The notes under the pieces are model-generated. The model searched no databases. It was not told the DNA's origin and saw only the letters and a program-made list of their open reading frames with translations. Positions 20,824-26,023 of a stretch of 26,023 nucleotides of DNA are shown one piece after another; the first letter of the stretch is position 1; the number at the start of each line of letters is the position of its first letter. The DNA is from Macrostomum lignano (Eukaryota): contig NIVC01002391.1 in the NCBI GenBank assembly GCA_002269645.1, positions 85,989 to 112,011 on the forward strand, read 5' to 3'. The position numbers were made by a program, and so were the translations under genes.

Positions 20824-21880
20824 AGAGGGGTGAGTGGAGCTGAGATGATCTTGTTTAATGAAGATTTCGCGGTCTGGGGCAGTGAGGTATTTTTTCGGTG
20901 GCTAAATGAAAGGGATCTCAGTAAACTTATTAAGCCAATTAAGACTTGAGTCTTCTGTTTCCAATCTTTTAAGTGCTTTTTGTGCACAATGAACCAAACA
21001 GGAACTCGAACGGGGGCTTGGAAAAGCTTTCATCCTTCAAACCCGCAAGACAAATTCAGTCTGCACTCGTAATTTGCTAAGCCTTAAAGCTCTTCACTTA
21101 GCAATTGGCGGCCAACTCAGTCTATAGCTGCAGGGGCCATAAGTAGTGCCAGTGAATATTGTGTGGCTGCTCTGTCCGGAACCCTAACTCGATTGGTTGC
21201 ATTTGATTTCTGTAGTGTACTTCAAGCGAACGCCATACTATAAGAAATACTTTATGCCACACCACTGGCCAGCGCCAGACGCGCTGAAATTATTAAGGAA
21301 ATTCAATCATTTCTGGCCGCCTTGGAGACGCCTCATCATGGCTTCCTAAATCGGCAATCACACTCTTACTCGGCGTTTGCCCAGCCGAAGCGCATAAGTT
21401 GGTCCGGTCTCACGCATAATCCAGCCATAACCCCGGATAAAGTAATCCCAAGGATATCGGAGTACGGAGCGGTGCGAGATTCCCGAATCAATTTTGATGA
21501 AAGATTTCTCTCAAGGACAACTGGCGGCTACTTGTAGCCGGTTTTGAGAAGTCCGTGGCAGATCTAACAAATTCTATCGATTTTTATGGAACCGTTATTG
21601 GAAAGGTGCAAAATTTCAGGAGGAGCAATCCAAGGACAATTGCCACGGGACGGCATTTAAAGAAATTATGAAAATTTCTTTGAAGACGCTAGTTCGCTGT
21701 AAAAATGCTTTTGTGAGGCTGCTCTCCCCCGTCTTTTCAACCTTCCAGTTCTGTGCATCCTACAATAAGTCAGTTTAGAAAGCACACGATACTCTTGCCT
21801 ACATGTACTTTTAGGTCAGATATCGGCTTCAATCCAGCACATTACAGCACAGACCAGCTTTTTCGCACATAGGAATTTCA

Positions 21881-22190
21881 CGGGGTTGTAGCCTAGTGGT
21901 TAGAGCGTCGGACTCACGACTGAAAGGTCGGGGGTTCGATTCCAGATCCCACTGGAACAATTTGTGTCCTTGAGCAAGACACTTAACTCTGCATTGATTC
22001 AGTTCACCCAGCTGTAAAATGGGTGCCAGCATTAGTTGGGGTAATTGAGGGTGTGTGTGGCGACCCCCCAGTCTTTGGACTGAACAGCCGTACGCAGCCT
22101 TCAGATGCGCTGCGCAATAGCTGCGGCTGAGCTGTCGGTTGCACATCTGCCATTAGGGCACGCGTAATCAATTATTTATTATTTATTATT
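21881..22190 (+). mobile_element. CORE-type tRNA-derived SINE
   Basis: A box TAGCCTAGTGG and B box GGTTCGATTCC, then TGTGTCCTTGAGCAAGACACTTAAC...CAGCTGTAAAATGGG, which matches the CORE domain of MIR-like SINEs. (ATT)-rich tail 22171-22190. 7-bp TSD AATTTCA (21874-21880, 22191-22197). Confidence 0.88.
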
Positions 22191-22825
22191 AATTTCAGAA
22201 GATGAAAAATTGCCAATAAAGCTTTGCTCATTTAGAATCGTAGTTCTCTGACTGTCGTCCGCTAAGCTACGAACTTACATGTGACTATTCGTTACTAGCC
22301 CTTTCAGCCTTCGCTGATCATCGTCCCCACTAAGACAAACGCATTGGCTATTAGATTTTGACTCAATCAACGGCAACTCTATATAAATTTATTTAGTACA
22401 TAGCTCCGCTCAAGTTAGTATAGCAAATAGCTAATCTCAGTTGAAATGCTACTATCGATATATTCGATATATTGTATTCCAGCTTATACGAGTACATAGG
22501 TTGGAGACCCTTAAATGTTATAAATGAATGTCGCATTAGTGCTCAGTCTTACCCTTGATGTACACGGACGCGCGGATCAGTAAAGTTATCAGAGTGGTGA
22601 AAATGACGGTTGGGGTGGGGGCCACAGGCAGGGGACCCGGCCGAGCCAGCCTTGGCCAGACGATACCGCCAGCTCGCTGCTCGAGTGCCCGGAAAGCTCA
22701 GTGGTGGAAACGCTATCATTTTGTAGCAGAGACAACGGGGCCCAGTGGTCCTTGAGCTTATCTTGGCGAGTGGGCTCCCGTCCTTTTACTCTAACGACTG
22801 TCCTCAAACGCATTCAATGCTTCAG

Positions 22826-23055
22826 CTGTCACGACTACGTTCGGCTGTTTCTGAACAGCGCAACAGCAGAATTGAGCAGCGAAGACCGGCCGAGTCACGA
22901 GCTGTGCGGCGCCGACCTGCCGCAGGCGGAGTTCTACTCCTCAGGCCGGGTGCTCATGCTGGAGTTTCATTCGCGCCTGAGCCCGGCCTATCAGACTGCC
23001 GACAGCATCAAAGTGTTTCAGGGGTTCAAAGGCAGCTTCAGCTTCGAGCCTGCGG
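22826..23055 (+). CDS. sol-1: SOL-1-like multi-CUB protein, exon 3 (CUB1 second half)
   Basis: CTTCAG|C...G|GTGAGC, phases 2 and 1. CHDYVRLFL...ELCGADLPQAEFYSSGRVLMLEFH...GFKGSFSF is a canonical CUB C-terminal half. Confidence 0.92.
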
Positions 23056-23100
23056 GTGAGCGACTGGGGAATTTCAATATTTTGGAGGAGGAGGAGGAAG

Positions 23101-23767
23101 AGGTGCAGGAGTGAAGCGGGTGCGGGAGTGAGATGGGTGTAGGAGTGAGGTGGGTGTAGGAGTGAGGTGGGTGCGGGAGTGAGGTGGGTGTAGGAGTGAG
23201 GTGGGTGCGGGAGTGAGGTGGGTGTAGGAATGAGGTGGGTGTAGGAGTGAGGTGGGTGTAGGAGTGAGGTGGGTGTAGGAGTGAGGTGGGTGTAGGAGTG
23301 AGGTGGGTGTAGGAGTGAGGTGGGTGTAGGAGTGAGGTGGGTGTAGGAGTGAGGTGGGTGCGGGAGTGAGGTGGGTGTAGGAGTGAAGTGGGTGTAGGAG
23401 TGAGGTGGGTGTAGGAGTGAGGTGGGTACGGGAGTGAGTTGGATGCGGGAGTGAGGTGGGTGTAGGAATGAGGTGGGTGTAGGAGTGAAGTGGGTGCGGG
23501 AGTGAGGTGGGTGCGGGAGTGAGGTGGGTGCGGGAGTGAGGTGGGTGTAGGAGTGAGGTGGGTGTAGGAGTGAGGTGGGTGCGGGAGTGAGGTGGGTGCG
23601 GGAGTGAGGTGGGTGTAGGAGTGAGGTGGGTGTAGGAGTGAGGTGGGTGTAGGAGTGAGTTGGGTGCGGGAGTGAGTTGGGTGCGGGAGTGAGGTGGGTG
23701 CGGGAGTGAGTTGGGTGTGGGAGTGAGGTGGGTGCGGGAGTGAGGCGGGTTCGGGAGTGAGGTGGGT
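23101..23767. repeat. 17-bp G-rich minisatellite (GGAGTGAGGTGGGTGYR)n, array 2
   Basis: About 39 units of the same unit as 20464-20823. Confidence 0.97.
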
Positions 23768-24214
23768 AGATAAGTCGGATGAATCAAAGATTAAATTGGA
23801 CGCTGCGTGGGATGGAAAAGTGAATTGAAATGAAACGCGAGCTTAAAACAGAAGATAAGTGCATTTGATGAATGACTATGGAAAACTGAGAAATATAATT
23901 GCTAGACTGACATAGGAGAAAAAGCAGCAATAGCTTGAGGCAGTGAAATCGAAGCTAAAAGAAAAAATTGCATGGCGCGCTGGGGAAGGGATGCGAGGGA
24001 TTTTCTGCCGAAGGCAAGGCCAGGGCAGGAATGGGATCAGGTGCTCAGATGAGGATTCGAGTAGCTGGGCTGGCGGAAGCGGCGGCAAGTCGAGAGGAAA
24101 AAATTGCTTTTTTAAAAATTTTGCATTTTGCCTGTTATGAGACAAATTTGATCGGGAAGCTGATTCGGGACCGGCAGTGGCTTGATGCTTTTTGCTTCAG
24201 TTTAATCTATCTCG

Positions 24215-24779
24215 TCCTAAATCATAACCCCAGTCTACTCTCCGACCCCCAGTCTACTATCCCGATCCCCAGTCTACTATCCTGATCCCCATTCCTAAAT
24301 CCCGACCCCCAGTCTACTCTCCCGATCCCCAGTCCTAAATCCCGACCCGCAGTCCTAAGTCCCGACCCCAGTCTACTATCCCGATCCCCAGTCTACTCTC
24401 CCGATCCCCAGTCCTAAATCCCGACCCCCAGTCCTAAGTCCCGACCCCCAGTCTACTATCCGATCCCCAGTCTCAAATCCCGACCCCCTGGTCTAGTATC
24501 CCGATCCCCAGTCTCAAATCCCGACCCCCTGGTCTACTATCCCGATCCCCAGTCTCAAATCCCAACCCCCTGGTCTACTATCCCGATCCTCAGTCTCAAA
24601 TCCCGACCCCCTGGTCTACTATCCCGATCCCCAGTCTCAAATCCCGACCCCTGGTCTACTATCCCGATCCCCAGTCTCAAATCCCAACCCCCTGGTCTAC
24701 TATCCCGATCCTCAGTCTCAAATCCCGACCCCCTGGTCTACTATCCCGATCCTCAGTCCTAAATCCCGATCCCCAGTTC
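24215..24779. repeat. C-rich 20/41-bp minisatellite (CCCGATCCCCAGTCTCAAAT / CCCGACCCCCTGGTCTACTAT alternating)
   Basis: About 27 related 20-21-bp monomers, forming a 41-bp dimer in the 3' half. Confidence 0.95.
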
Positions 24780-24861
24780 CAGTAGTCCACTATTCAGCCT
24801 CCACCCCTCGCCAGAATCCCCGGCAGGTGCAAATCTCCCCCAATCCCCACCCCTGGAACAG

Positions 24862-25161
24862 GCCAGTACAAAACCGACGGCGCCCTGGTCGGCGGCTCCA
24901 CCTGCGACTATGAATTCCACAGCGAGGGCGGCGCCACCTCCGGCCGGTTCTTCTCGCCCGGCTACCCGCAGAACTACCCGCCCGGCATCCTGTGCGCCTA
25001 CCGGTTTGTGGCCCGGCCGGCGAGCGGGTCCGCCTGGACTTCCACCGGGTCAGCCTGGGCGGCCGGCCCAACGCCAGCCGCTGTCTGGACGGCCGCCTGG
25101 ACGATAAGGACATCATGGTGGTGACGGGCGGTGAACAACGGGACGCGCCGCTGTTGGCAAG
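24862..25161 (+). CDS. sol-1: SOL-1-like multi-CUB protein, exon 4 (CUB2 first part), with an apparent 1-nt deletion near 25017
   Basis: GGAACAG|GC CAG TAC...GCA AG|GTAAAG. GQYKTDGALVGGSTCDYEFHSEGGATSGRFFSPGYPQNYPPGILCAYRFVARP continues in a shifted frame as GERVRLDFHRVSLGGRPNASRCLDG...PLLA. Confidence 0.85.
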
Positions 25162-25366
25162 GTAAAGAAAACAAAAACCAGGGAATCTAATGACTAGAAT
25201 GTGCCAGCTCAGTTACTGAAAGTAGAAATACGGGAATTTACCAGATTTTTCTTTGGCACAAATGAAAAATGATTAAAACCTTTGTTTGATTATTGTCTCT
25301 TTGACCCTGACCAGCAGCAACCATGCTTAATTCCAATCCGAATCACACGGGAAACAAACTGACCAG

Positions 25367-25557
25367 ATTTACCAGCTACTGCGACGCTCGCGCCAAGGAG
25401 CAGGTGGTGAGTCCGGCCGGCTACCTGCTGCTGCGGTTCGAGGCCAATTCTGATGACGTCACCGGACAAGGATTCGCCGGCCGGTTCGGCTTTGTTGCTA
25501 TGCACAGGCTGCAGCCTACAGCGCCTATTGGATATGGCCTGGGTGCGCCACGGTCCG
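25367..25557 (+). CDS. sol-1: SOL-1-like multi-CUB protein, exon 5 (CUB2 second part); the gene continues beyond the window
   Basis: Two in-frame phase-2 acceptors (exon start 25367 or 25376). YCDARAKEQVVSPAGYLLLRFEANSDDVTGQGFAGRFGF completes CUB2. Donor TCCG|GTGAGA, phase 1. Confidence 0.85.
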
Positions 25558-25583
25558 GTGAGATATTCCTCTTTCTCTTGGGA

Positions 25584-26023
25584 CACTTCCGGTGGGTTTA
25601 TAGTTCACTTCCGGCCACTATAGTGGAATTCTAAACAACATGCGGCGACTGTAGTGGATTTATAGGGCAACTTCCGGTGACTATAGTGAATTTCTAGGCA
25701 ACTTCCGGTGACTGTAGTGGATTTCTAGGGCAACTTCCGGTTACTAAAGTGGATTTCTAGGGCAACTTCCGGTGACTATCGTAGGATTTCTAGGGCAACT
25801 TCCGGTTAATAAAGTGGATTTCTAGGTCAACTTCCGGTGACTGTAGTGGATTTCTAGGTCAACTTCCGGTGACTGTAAGTGGATTTCTAGGCAACTTTCG
25901 GTGACTGTAGTGGATTTCTAGGCAACTTCCGGTTACTAAAGTGGATTTCTAGATCAACTTCGCGTTACTAAAGTGAATTTCTAGGCCAACTTCCGGTGAC
26001 CGTAGTGGATTTCCAGGCAACTT
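25584..26023. repeat. About 32-bp minisatellite (GGGCAACTTCCGGTGACTGTAGTGGATTTCTA)n, runs off the window
   Basis: About 11 regular units from 25665, preceded by degenerate seed copies. Confidence 0.95.

Noticed and set aside
21882-21952. tRNA gene (CAC anticodon-like loop)
   Set aside because: The anticodon and acceptor stems are imperfect, and it continues into a CORE domain, tail and TSD, so it is a SINE head.
20396-23787. His/Pro/Thr-rich ORFs (129, 147 and 237 aa) on the minus strand
   Set aside because: Antisense translations of the 17-bp intronic minisatellite.
592-26023. Tandem arrays of 30-33-bp units as possible CRISPR arrays
   Set aside because: Units are contiguous with no unique spacers, there are no cas genes, and the context is a spliced eukaryotic gene.

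Overview
Animal (invertebrate-type) genomic DNA, not prokaryotic. The GC-rich exons inside minisatellite-packed introns resemble a lophotrochozoan such as a flatworm, but the taxon is an inference. The left third (about 1.7-9 kb) is a nest of DNA transposons: a full-length but frameshifted mariner (2174-3486, 26-bp TIRs, TA TSD), a Tc1-like deletion derivative (4172-4800), a foldback element (8472-8979) and two back-to-back relics of Crypton/DUF3504-type tyrosine-recombinase elements (about 6509-7100 minus, 7668-8467 plus). This zone is divided by at least 23 exact copies (manual count) of CCATAGAC/GTCTATGG into short modules, most of which carry a hairpin. That motif-delimited array beside recombinase relics is the most unusual signal in the window. 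The right half holds the first five coding exons of a plus-strand multi-CUB-domain gene resembling sol-1 (suppressor of lurcher 1), with an apparent 1-nt frameshift in exon 4; the gene runs off the window. Its introns carry three tRNA-derived SINEs (one CORE-type, one whose Pol III A-box has expanded into a 17-copy minisatellite) and many unrelated minisatellites. All counts and alignments were done by eye; no database search was run.
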